From contig OY776510.1 in the NCBI GenBank assembly GCA_963675665.1, forward strand, positions 4,832,001 through 4,896,000: 64,000 nucleotides of DNA. Direction: 5' to 3'. Positions within the stretch are counted from its first letter, which is position 1, and the number at the start of each line of letters is the position of its first letter. The notes under the pieces were generated by a model that saw only the letters and a program-made list of their open reading frames with translations, did no database searches and was not told where the DNA came from. Source of the DNA: Spirochaetia bacterium. GTDB taxonomy: Bacteria > Spirochaetota > Spirochaetia > UBA9216. This document shows positions 38,516 through 47,268 of the stretch, one piece after another. The position numbers and the translations under genes are program-made.

Positions 38516-40345
38516 ATGAAAACAAAAGGATATATGGGCAAGATCGCCAGGGTTGATCTGTCACGAAAAAAAATCGAGATTATTGAACTTGATGATGCGT
38601 TCGCACGTAAATATATTGGGGGCTCCGGTTTCGGAGCAAAATTTCTTTATGATGAAACAGGGCCGGAAACCGATCCTCTCGGACCGGACAATCTGCTAAT
38701 CTTTGCAACAGGCCCGGTAACCGGAACAAAAGCATTTAATTCGGACAGATTCGAGGTAATTACAAAATCGCCCAAATCAGGAATGTACGGCGAAGCAAAC
38801 TGCGGAGGCAGATGGGGCAGCAGATTTAAAAAGTGCGGATTTGACGCCCTTGTGATTAAAGGCTGCTCGGATAAACCTGTATACCTGGATATTTCCGACG
38901 GAGAAATCAGCATAAACGATGCCTCGGATCTGTGGGGACTGGACACCTTTAAAACACATTCCAATCTCAAGGAAAAAAACGGAGCTAAATCGGAAGTTGC
39001 ATGTATCGGTCCATCCGGAGAAATGATGATGCCCATTGCGGCAATAATAGCAGACGGACGCCACGGGAGGGCAGCCGGTCGTTCGGGAGTAGGCGCCGTA
39101 ATGGGATCCAAGAAGCTAAAAGCTGTCGTTGTAAACGGAACCCGGGAAATAGAAACAGCTGATGTCGACCTTATCACATCAACAAATAAAGCAGTTCTTC
39201 CGACAATGAGGACTGATGCAAAAGCTTTAACAGAAGCAGGCACAGCCTGCTCGCTTGATCTTTTCGAAGAAATCGGAAATCTGCCGATCAAAAACTGGTA
39301 CCAGGGCAACTGGCAGCCGGCGGTTGATAATCTCACCGGCTATGCGTCGATAGCAAAAACCAAAGTAAAAGACTACGGCTGCGGAAACTGCCCTATTCGC
39401 TGCGGCAAGGTTACCCTGACAAAGGGCGGCGAATACGACGGGGTTGATGTTGCAGCGCCCGAGTATGAAACCGTAGCCCTGATGGGGTCAAACTGCCTGA
39501 TAGATGATTATGATACAATCGTTAAGCAGAACGAAATCTGCAATGCATACGGTGTGGACACAATTGCGGCGGGAAACATCATTGCCTTTGCAATGGAAGC
39601 ATACGAACGCGGGATACTGACCGATGAACATACCGGAGGTATGGATCTGAGCTTCGGCAATGTCGATTCAGCAAAAAAACTTCTTGAAACAGTAGTAAAA
39701 AAGGAAGGCTTTCTCGGAGATCTTTTTAAAACGGGAATCAGGGATGCCGCAAAAAAACTGGGTAAAAACTCTGAAGAATTTGCGTTAAACGTCAAGAACC
39801 AGGAAATACCGGCACATGACCCCCGCGCCAATTTTTCACTGGCAATAAACTATGCGACCTCAAACCGCGGGGCCTGCCACCTGACATTCAGCCAGGACTA
39901 TGAAGAGGGAAATGTTCCCAAACTGGGCGCGCCAGATCAAAAGGGCAGATTCTCGCCAGACAAAGCTGTTTATTCCGCCAGAATGCAGGACTGGGCAACA
40001 ATGTTTGATTCTCTGTGTTTATGCAAATTCGCACGTTACGGAGGGGTTATGATCGACGAATGCCTGAATTACCTGAACGGATCAACCGGCTGGGATTTTA
40101 CTGCCGAGGAATTCATTCAGGCTGGCGAAAGGCTTTTTAATCTAAAACGCATGTATAATGTCCGGCACGGGGCATCCAGAAAGGACGATCAGCTTCCGCT
40201 TCGGATGCAGACGCACAGGCGCGGAGGAGGAACAAATGAACTTCCGCCGTTTAACATCATGCTTAACGAGTATTACCAGGCCAGGGGCTGGGACGACATG
40301 GGAATACCGCATGAAGAAAAACTGAAAGAGCTCCAACTGAAATAA
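38516..40345 (+). CDS. aor: Aldehyde:ferredoxin oxidoreductase family (W/Mo-pterin, 4Fe-4S)
   Basis: YIGG.G.G, KSP.SG, GRSGVGAVMGSK.LKA, CGNCPIRC, PEYET, RGACH, DSLCLC. Confidence 0.9.
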   Translation: MKTKGYMGKIARVDLSRKKIEIIELDDAFARKYIGGSGFGAKFLYDETGPETDPLGPDNLLIFATGPVTGTKAFNSDRFEVITKSPKSGMYGEANCGGRWGSRFKKCGFDALVIKGCSDKPVYLDISDGEISINDASDLWGLDTFKTHSNLKEKNGAKSEVACIGPSGEMMMPIAAIIADGRHGRAAGRSGVGAVMGSKKLKAVVVNGTREIETADVDLITSTNKAVLPTMRTDAKALTEAGTACSLDLFEEIGNLPIKNWYQGNWQPAVDNLTGYASIAKTKVKDYGCGNCPIRCGKVTLTKGGEYDGVDVAAPEYETVALMGSNCLIDDYDTIVKQNEICNAYGVDTIAAGNIIAFAMEAYERGILTDEHTGGMDLSFGNVDSAKKLLETVVKKEGFLGDLFKTGIRDAAKKLGKNSEEFALNVKNQEIPAHDPRANFSLAINYATSNRGACHLTFSQDYEEGNVPKLGAPDQKGRFSPDKAVYSARMQDWATMFDSLCLCKFARYGGVMIDECLNYLNGSTGWDFTAEEFIQAGERLFNLKRMYNVRHGASRKDDQLPLRMQTHRRGGGTNELPPFNIMLNEYYQARGWDDMGIPHEEKLKELQLK

Positions 40346-40352
40346 TTCCGGT

Positions 40353-41315
40353 TTAACAGAAACCGGCCGCAACAGTATTTGTTCCGGCCGGTTTCGAATC
40401 AAACTTAATTTCGTAAGCGAAATTTAATTTTCTGTAATAATCTAGTTCGATAAAATCGGTAGGTCTGACTTCTCCATCATCCATCTCAAAATAATTTATT
40501 TCTGCTAATTTCAATAGCTTATAAATAAATTGGGAACAAAAAAGAATATTAGGTTTTGCCGAGAACTTTAAAATCAAGCCAAGTATATTATATGCATTTC
40601 CAGCCTTATTAATATCAGATACTTTATCAATCATTAAATGCTTTCTTTTTCCGGGTACTGCTAATTTATAAATAATTAGTGAGGCATCTTTTTTCCTGTT
40701 AAACCATTCAATCCTCTCATGATTAAGTCCCGGAGGATAAAGATGATCTCCTCCATTATAACTAATAATAGTTTCAAGATTCGAATCAAATGAAATTGAA
40801 ATATGATTATAGATTTTTTTGGTAAATATGGATATCACTTCGCTTGCAGCGCTCCCGGTATTCGATAATACAATATATATATTCTCATCATTAACTGTAT
40901 CATATGCTTTTTTAAAATATTCATCAGATAAGGAATTTTTGTTTATATATTTGAATGAATTGTGTCTGGGTAAATCTTTTAGTATTTCAAAAATAACACC
41001 ATATGTAATCTTTTCTTTAATTTTCTTTAAATGGTCAATATGATTACTGATATTTTTTTCATACCCGATAGTCGCTGTATAATTTGTTCTATTCCTGTCA
41101 TCAACAGCAGAAAACATAAACTGTTCCATAAAAAATGGACTGAAAACAATTATTGCGCCGATCATTCTGAAAAAAACAAAGAATCCGGCAGAATTGTCTG
41201 CAGCAAATATGATTATAGTATTTAAAACGAATCCAAATACTAATATTCCGGTATAAATAAAAATTGCATAAATTTTATGCTTACGGTCATCTCCTTTTAA
41301 TAACATATATACCAC
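40353..41315 (-). CDS. Membrane-anchored hypothetical protein, possibly a permuted papain-like (NlpC/P60) domain
   Basis: Two N-terminal TM segments; His-before-Cys motifs YNHISIS ... FCSQFI; AT-rich. Confidence 0.55.
   Translation of the reverse strand: MVYMLLKGDDRKHKIYAIFIYTGILVFGFVLNTIIIFAADNSAGFFVFFRMIGAIIVFSPFFMEQFMFSAVDDRNRTNYTATIGYEKNISNHIDHLKKIKEKITYGVIFEILKDLPRHNSFKYINKNSLSDEYFKKAYDTVNDENIYIVLSNTGSAASEVISIFTKKIYNHISISFDSNLETIISYNGGDHLYPPGLNHERIEWFNRKKDASLIIYKLAVPGKRKHLMIDKVSDINKAGNAYNILGLILKFSAKPNILFCSQFIYKLLKLAEINYFEMDDGEVRPTDFIELDYYRKLNFAYEIKFDSKPAGTNTVAAGFC
40359..40395. terminator. Bidirectional terminator-like hairpin; left copy of the 23-bp direct repeat
   Basis: GAAACCGGCCG...CGGCCGGTTTC between convergent genes. 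Confidence 0.7.
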
Positions 41316-41362
41316 CTTTAAAATATCATATTAAATAATCTTTTACAGTTTTCATTTCATAC

Positions 41363-42364
41363 TTATTTGCTGCTGAAATTAACGTTTTCAACTTTCCGGC
41401 GTCGATAAACAAAGTAATATACGGATAAAGGCCACCAGGAAAGTGCGAAGATAGGATATACTGCCCAAACAGTGCCCGGTGACGCTATAAGATTCGTCGC
41501 AATAAACAGGAATGAGGTCAGGACCGTTCCAAAGAGTGAAAAATGCAGTTCTTTTGCCCGTTTTGGAGCAAGAACTGCCATAGGCCACCATAAAATTCCA
41601 TAAACAGGGTATATCGCCCACGGAAATCCTTTAAAAATGAAGAGGTTCAGCACTGTATAATAAACAATACCGGAAAGGCTGCAGAGCATCGTAATACCCG
41701 GTTTGCCCAGGCTTTTTTTCAGAAAAACAGAGACAGGCCACATAAGAACCGGATAATATGCAAACAACGCCCACGGCACCCCAGAAGATCGTACGAAGTT
41801 TTCAAAACTCAGGAAAACCAGAAGAAACAATGCTCCCGCAATCGAATACCCCCTTCTCATCCTGTGTTCCTGAAAAAACAGGCCCAGAGGCCACCACATA
41901 ACAGCAATAGCCGGATAATAAAACCAGATATCCGACGGAGAAAAAGTGAAATTTAAAATCAGGGCAAATACAATCACCGTGAGGCTTCCTGTAACAGAAA
42001 AGGCTTTTTTGTGTTGTTTGCCCCAGAACATCATAACAGGCCACCAGAGAATAGCGAAAGAAGGATATAGGAACCAGGGATAACCCCATGAAGTCAGATA
42101 ATTGACCGTTACCAGCAGAACAATAGTTAGCAGACTCCCCACAAGCGAAAGCAGTTTCCCGGTATACCCTGAATACGGACCGAAGATAAGCGCCAGGGGC
42201 CACCAGAGGATAGCGTATGAAGGGAAAATAAACCAGGGGAATTTCCCCCCGACAGTAAAATTGATGAATACAAAGAACAGAATCGTGATACCGCTGCCCA
42301 CAATAGAAAAGCCAATTCCGGACTTTTTGCTTTTAATATCTTGCTTATTCATCGTTTTCGTCAC
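41363..42364 (-). CDS. Polytopic membrane protein with six W-x-x-(Y/F)P...WWP repeats
   Basis: Roughly 50-aa repeated two-helix units visible in the translation. Confidence 0.8.
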   Translation of the reverse strand: MTKTMNKQDIKSKKSGIGFSIVGSGITILFFVFINFTVGGKFPWFIFPSYAILWWPLALIFGPYSGYTGKLLSLVGSLLTIVLLVTVNYLTSWGYPWFLYPSFAILWWPVMMFWGKQHKKAFSVTGSLTVIVFALILNFTFSPSDIWFYYPAIAVMWWPLGLFFQEHRMRRGYSIAGALFLLVFLSFENFVRSSGVPWALFAYYPVLMWPVSVFLKKSLGKPGITMLCSLSGIVYYTVLNLFIFKGFPWAIYPVYGILWWPMAVLAPKRAKELHFSLFGTVLTSFLFIATNLIASPGTVWAVYPIFALSWWPLSVYYFVYRRRKVENVNFSSK

Positions 42365-42944
42365 CCCCGGACTCTTTGCTGCGCATATGGTTAAAAATCA
42401 TTGCCAGCGGCCACCAGAGCAAACCGAAAGCCGGATAAACAAACCAGATCGTATTGGGACTGAAATAATAATTGGTAAATATCAGGAGGGCCATAACCAG
42501 TAAATAACTGCTGATCGAAAACGGAAGACCAAAAGATTTATTATATTTGAAATGTCTCCATCTGAAAAACTGCACTATAGGCCACCAGAGAACCGCAAAT
42601 ACAGGATAAACAAACCAGATTATATACGGTGTATAGTATAAATTGATAAACACAAAAAATGCAGAGGTAAGGATTACACCCCATATTGAAAATGCGAGCG
42701 CGAGTGCCAGTTTCTTGCTTTTTTCTGTTCTCGTTCCGCTTTCCAGTTCTTTCTTCAATTCTTCTATATCGCCGAAATCCTCCATCGCAGCTTTCATGGC
42801 CTCATCTTCAGTCTGTCCCTGTGCCACAAGATCAGAGACCTTGTCCGAAAAATCCTGTATAATTTCCTGGACAATTTCCTGCTTGCGGCTGCTTTCAGGG
42901 ATTTTTTCAAAAAGACTGTTTATGCTTCTTTCAATTTTGTTCAT
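42345..42944 (-). CDS. HAAS/permease-prefix domain membrane protein
   Basis: EI..D..DKV.DL...G..E.EA...A..DFGD, then two WFVYP..WWP units. Confidence 0.82.
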   Translation of the reverse strand: MNKIERSINSLFEKIPESSRKQEIVQEIIQDFSDKVSDLVAQGQTEDEAMKAAMEDFGDIEELKKELESGTRTEKSKKLALALAFSIWGVILTSAFFVFINLYYTPYIIWFVYPVFAVLWWPIVQFFRWRHFKYNKSFGLPFSISSYLLVMALLIFTNYYFSPNTIWFVYPAFGLLWWPLAMIFNHMRSKESGGDENDE

Positions 42945-43276
42945 TCTATACCCTCCATAAAAATATCAATAATAGCCCGCGCATTGTACCAGTTGCGGAT
43001 CTCTTCCTTCAGATATGCCGTTCCCAGACTGGTAATTTTGTAATAACGGCGGCGACTTCCAAGCGAAACATCCCCGAGATAGGTTTTAATCAGTTGCTTT
43101 TTAACCAGACGCTGGAAGACTGCATACATGCTGGCTTCCTTGATCTTGAATTCACCATTGGTCCGATTAGTAATTTCATTGGAGATCTCATAACCATAAC
43201 GATCCTTTTCAGAAATCAGCCTGAGAATAATCGCGTCCAGATGCCCTCGAATAATATCACTGCTAATCAATGGCAT
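42941..43276 (-). CDS. PadR family transcriptional regulator
   Basis: IRGHLD.IIL..I...DRYGYEI, RRRYYKIT..G; start after GGAGGT. Confidence 0.92.
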   Translation of the reverse strand: MPLISSDIIRGHLDAIILRLISEKDRYGYEISNEITNRTNGEFKIKEASMYAVFQRLVKKQLIKTYLGDVSLGSRRRYYKITSLGTAYLKEEIRNWYNARAIIDIFMEGIE

Positions 43277-43316
43277 ACCTCCTTTAATAAATTCTTCTGC
43301 AATTACACCACACAGT

Positions 43317-43393
43317 GTACTGTCTCTCAGAGTACTGCCTGTCAGTACTCTATCTGACATAGTTATAATAATTCAAATTGTTATGTCTGTCAA
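43317..43393 (-). promoter_or_regulatory. sigma70 promoter and palindromic operator of the padR operon
   Basis: TTGACA-17-TATTAT (43393-43365); AGAGTACTG-N5-CAGTACTCT at 43329-43351. Confidence 0.7.
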
Positions 43394-43507
43394 AGTAATT
43401 TTAAAAAAAAGGCTAAAAAAATAAGAAAAAAAGCAATTCCGGGGGTTCCAGGTGAATGATGATGCCTGTCACGGATAGAATCGCAGGCGAAGACCGCAGA
43501 AAATCAG

Positions 43508-43530
43508 CCGGCCGCAACAGTATTTGTTCC
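43508..43530. repeat. Right copy of the 23-bp direct repeat (inside a terminator-like hairpin)
   Basis: CCGGCCGCAACAGTATTTGTTCC, identical to 40363-40385. Confidence 0.85.
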
Positions 43531-43552
43531 AACCGGCTGTTCATCAATGGAG

Positions 43553-44674
43553 CTACCGTTTTTCTTTATAATATCTTTTTATCTGTTTTGAGATATCTTT
43601 CCAGTGCTTCTGGTCTTTACCCTGGGCATGCTCTTCCTGTTTACGCTTCAGATAATCCAGCTCCCGCTTTAAATCAAGATAATTTTCAAACCGGCGGTAT
43701 TCAAGATCACCCGAAACAAGCGCATTCTGGACTGCACATCCCGGCTCGCCCTGATGAGAACAGTCGCTGAAACGGCAATTGACGGCAAACTCCGCAATAT
43801 CGCTGAACGCATCATCCGCGCTGTCCGAATCAGCCCACAACTGCAGCTCCCGCATCCCCGGGCTGTCAACCATCAGCAGTCCGGAACCAAGGCTGAACAG
43901 TTCGCGATGGGTTGTAGTGTGTCTGCCACGCAAATCAGCTTCTCTCTGGCTTCCGGTTTTCTGCAAAACTGCCCCCGCGAGAGCATTTATCAGTGTTGAT
44001 TTTCCTACACCGGATGGACCGACCAGAGCAATAGTACTGCCTTTTTCAAGTCCGGAGGTAAGCTCTTCAAGACCTTCACCGCTTGCAGCACTGACAAGCT
44101 TTATATCCACACCCGGCGCTGATGATTCTGCAGTTAAAACAGCCGCTTCACGTTCACTTTTCGAACACAGATCAGCTTTATTAAGAACCACAATCGGAAG
44201 GGCTCCGCTGTTCCAGGCCACAGTCAGGTAACGTTCCAGCCCTGCAGCCGTAAAATTTCGCCCTCCGTTTATTGCAAAAACAAGAAAAACAACATCAATG
44301 TTTGCCGCAATGATCTGTTCTTCTGTTTTTATACCTGCCGATTTGCGCGAAAAACAGCTTCTGCGGCTGAAAACCCATTCGATAATTGCAATACCGTTAG
44401 TGATGCCGCTTTCATTCTTTTCTCCGCGCCAGGAAACCCAGTCACCGACAGCGGGGTAATCAGAAGGCATCACGGCACGGTATCTGAAAGCACCGCTGAC
44501 TTCTGCATCAATAAAACTCCCTGCTGAAACGATAAGGTACCTGCCGCGGTTCTCTCTGACTACACGGCCGAACATCAGGTCTTCTGCCGAACATCTATCA
44601 AGTTCATCCTTCTGCGGCAGGATCCCCCATTCCGAACTTTTTCCATCAGGATCAATATATATTTTATTTGTCAT
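43553..44674 (-). CDS. rsgA: Ribosome small subunit-dependent GTPase A
   Basis: AVGDWV, AANID, NKAD, GPSGVGKSTL, GRHTTT, DSPG, CRFSDCSH..EPGC. Confidence 0.92.
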   Translation of the reverse strand: MTNKIYIDPDGKSSEWGILPQKDELDRCSAEDLMFGRVVRENRGRYLIVSAGSFIDAEVSGAFRYRAVMPSDYPAVGDWVSWRGEKNESGITNGIAIIEWVFSRRSCFSRKSAGIKTEEQIIAANIDVVFLVFAINGGRNFTAAGLERYLTVAWNSGALPIVVLNKADLCSKSEREAAVLTAESSAPGVDIKLVSAASGEGLEELTSGLEKGSTIALVGPSGVGKSTLINALAGAVLQKTGSQREADLRGRHTTTHRELFSLGSGLLMVDSPGMRELQLWADSDSADDAFSDIAEFAVNCRFSDCSHQGEPGCAVQNALVSGDLEYRRFENYLDLKRELDYLKRKQEEHAQGKDQKHWKDISKQIKRYYKEKR

Positions 44675-45042
44675 CCGATTTTCTCCAGTGTTTTCTCCGC
44701 CGGAAAAGGCAGCATGGTCAGCGGCTTTGCAGCCAGCATAAAAAGCAGTTTGTCATTATCATCAGCGGCAATACGATTTGTTCTGATAAATCCGCATTTT
44801 CTGCAGCGGTGAATAACGGCCCATTCACCTGAAGGTTTAACCCATACCGATATGGGTTCCATTTCGCCCCTGCAGCCGCAACGCCTGTCTCCGCTTCGGA
44901 GATCAACATGCATGCTCCATAAACATTTGGGACAATGATTTCGCTGCCTGCCGCCGTACTCAACCGGCGCTACAGTATTGCCGCATCGGCTGCAGATAAA
45001 AGTGTCATTATTTGTATTAATGTTATGCCTGTTTCTGGACAT
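44671..45042 (-). CDS. RNHCP domain protein
   Basis: F.C..CG...RNHCP.CLWS.HVD...GDR...C.G.M. Confidence 0.92.
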   Translation of the reverse strand: MSRNRHNINTNNDTFICSRCGNTVAPVEYGGRQRNHCPKCLWSMHVDLRSGDRRCGCRGEMEPISVWVKPSGEWAVIHRCRKCGFIRTNRIAADDNDKLLFMLAAKPLTMLPFPAEKTLEKIG

Positions 45043-45317
45043 AATTATCCCTTAAGTAAAATAATTACCGGCTGAATACCGATTTGTATAATCAGGAATA
45101 GATGCCCTGTTCTTAAAAAATATCTACGAGATTTTCTGTGAGGATTGATCGGAAAAATGCTTTTTTAGATTATATGAAACGATTGAAAAGTATTATTTCC
45201 GGCAGCCCTGAACAGGAACATCCCTTAATACAAAATTCAACATTAACGCCTCCTTGTAAATTTACGGTTAACTGACTATAAGCGATAAATGGTAATTTGA
45301 CAAGACAAACTACGAAA

Positions 45318-47216
45318 ATCGAGTAGGCAGAAATCAATAAATTTCTGCCTCTCACACCACCGTACGTACCGTTCGGTATACGGCGGTTCAACCAAATAGA
45401 CTGTGGTACCTCAAATCAAGTACCACCCGATCAGCCTCCATGCGTTTCGTATGGAGTTTCTTGTAGAAATCCAGAGCATCTAACAACCCAAAGTGATTAT
45501 GAATTATATCGTTCTTCAACAGAGGATTCATAACACCGGCCATTTTCCAATAAGAGTTGCTTCCAAGTTTCCAATGGCTCAGAACAGAATCACTAACGCC
45601 TAATTGTCTCAAACGATGTTTTCTATTCCTTCCGGTTTTCCACTGTTTCCAAAGATATTGGCGAATGCGTCTTCTTGTCCACTCCACCAACCTTTCGAGG
45701 TAGTTTTTCATGGAGCTTCTTGCGAAGTATCCTATCCATCCTCTGAACATGCTGTTAAGCTCTTTAATAACCGTTTCAATCTTTACTCCTCTGTTACGTC
45801 GGGTAATTAGTCTGATACGGTCTTCGAGCTTCTTAAGTTTCTTCTTTTGAGGATAGACTATTCCTAATATTTCCTGTTTCCCGTAGGTCAAGAAGGTGAA
45901 TCCGAGGAAGGAAGAGCCCGCGGCTTTTCGCGCCTCTGTCTTTTCCATATTCACTTTAAGTTTTAATTTTCGCTCAAGATAGCTTTTCACACTATCTCTC
46001 ACCCGGTAAGAAGACCTCTTGCTCTTTGTGAAGATGTTACAGTCATCTGCGTACCTGACAAAACGTAATCCCCGCTTTTCCAATTCCTTGTCATACGGGG
46101 TTAGATAAATATTTGACAGTAGTGGAGACAGCGGTCCCCCCTGAGGTGTTCCCAAGGCTGTGGCCATCATACTTCCATCCGTCATCACTCCGCTTTTTAA
46201 GAATACGTAGATGAGCCTCCTGATGTCCTTATCGTCCATGTGTTTGTCTATCAAACTCATTAGGATGTCATGGTTTACAGTGTCGAAGAACTTGGATAAA
46301 TCCAAATCAACTACATGGGTGTATCCTTCGGACATGTAGGTCTGGGCGAGTCGAACCGCATCTTCTGCGCTTCTGTTCGGTCGAAACCCAAAACTAAAGT
46401 CGCTGAAAGTCGGTTCAAACACCGGAGTTAAAACCTGAACCATAGCCTGTTGGATTACACGGTCTATTACCGTGGGGATCCCCAGAAGTCGTACGCCCCC
46501 GTTGTCTTTTGGTATTTCTACTCGCAGTACTGGTTTTGGTTTGTACTTCCTGCTCAAAATCTGCCTGCATATTTCAGGATAGTTCGCCTCGAAGTATTTC
46601 GGGAGTTCTTCTACTCCCATTCCATCCACTCCACAGGCACCTTTATTTGCCATCACCTTTCTGACAGCTTCCTGAATATTTGCAGGGGAAATCAGTTGTT
46701 CGCATAGATTGGTATTCGGTATTAACTTGTCGTCCTTTCTCATGTGTTCCTTTCTACTCTGAATTATCCCCTGTGAAGACTTTTTTTTTCGTCGTTCGGA
46801 TTATCAGGTAGGCCTTTCCGCTTTGAAAGGTATTTGATTGTTCAGCCCTTCATGATGTTTCCTCATCACTACTATGGCTTCTGCTGACTTCTCATGGCAA
46901 GCTTTACTCCGTCTATAATAAGCGATATTGCAGCCTAAGACGTCCATGAGACCTCCCCCGTTAAGGATAATGACTTTCCTTCCATGTAACCGCCACATTT
47001 ACTTCATCAGTTGTAGTGCGGATTTCGTCACTTTTAGCAAACTCGTCCACTGATAAAGCCTTATATGTGATTTCTGTTCGTCGGTTCGGAAATTTGCCTC
47101 ATGCTTCCTTCAGACCCAGCCTCACGACTACGCCCTTGCTGTCAGCTAACAGTTTCTTTAACACTACCACCTGTAACGGACTCTCACCGTCAAGTCATTA
47201 CCCATGCAGGGCAAAC
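45318..47216 (-). mobile_element. Group II intron, class IIC
   Basis: 5' end GTTTGCCCTGCATGGG; short DV GAACCGCCGTATACCGAACGGTACGTACGGTGGTG with CGC triad; DVI ending CTACTCGAT; inserted directly after a terminator. Confidence 0.92.
45388..46743 (-). CDS. ltrA: Group II intron reverse transcriptase/maturase without endonuclease domain
   Basis: GVDG, R.LGIP..DR..QQA, S.GFRP.RS, DLSKFFD, GTPQGGPLSPLL, RYADD, domain X GW..YF. Confidence 0.95.
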   Translation of the reverse strand: MRKDDKLIPNTNLCEQLISPANIQEAVRKVMANKGACGVDGMGVEELPKYFEANYPEICRQILSRKYKPKPVLRVEIPKDNGGVRLLGIPTVIDRVIQQAMVQVLTPVFEPTFSDFSFGFRPNRSAEDAVRLAQTYMSEGYTHVVDLDLSKFFDTVNHDILMSLIDKHMDDKDIRRLIYVFLKSGVMTDGSMMATALGTPQGGPLSPLLSNIYLTPYDKELEKRGLRFVRYADDCNIFTKSKRSSYRVRDSVKSYLERKLKLKVNMEKTEARKAAGSSFLGFTFLTYGKQEILGIVYPQKKKLKKLEDRIRLITRRNRGVKIETVIKELNSMFRGWIGYFARSSMKNYLERLVEWTRRRIRQYLWKQWKTGRNRKHRLRQLGVSDSVLSHWKLGSNSYWKMAGVMNPLLKNDIIHNHFGLLDALDFYKKLHTKRMEADRVVLDLRYHSLFG

Positions 47217-47247
47217 TAAAAAAGGGCTGCCAACATTGGGCAGCCCT
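47217..47247 (-). terminator. Rho-independent terminator (intron target site)
   Basis: AGGGCTGCC-N7-GGCAGCCCT-TTTTTA. Confidence 0.88.
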
Positions 47248-47268
47248 GCTATCATTTTCGATCCCTGA

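Noticed and set aside
38647-39336. 229-aa minus-strand ORF
   Set aside because: Antisense shadow of aor
45170-45391. 73-aa ORF after the RT
   Set aside because: It is a translation of intron domains V-VI and the 3' exon
45388-46743. RT as retron, DGR or CRISPR-associated
   Set aside because: Group II DV/DVI and maturase domain X are present; no TR/VR pair, msr-msd or cas genes seen
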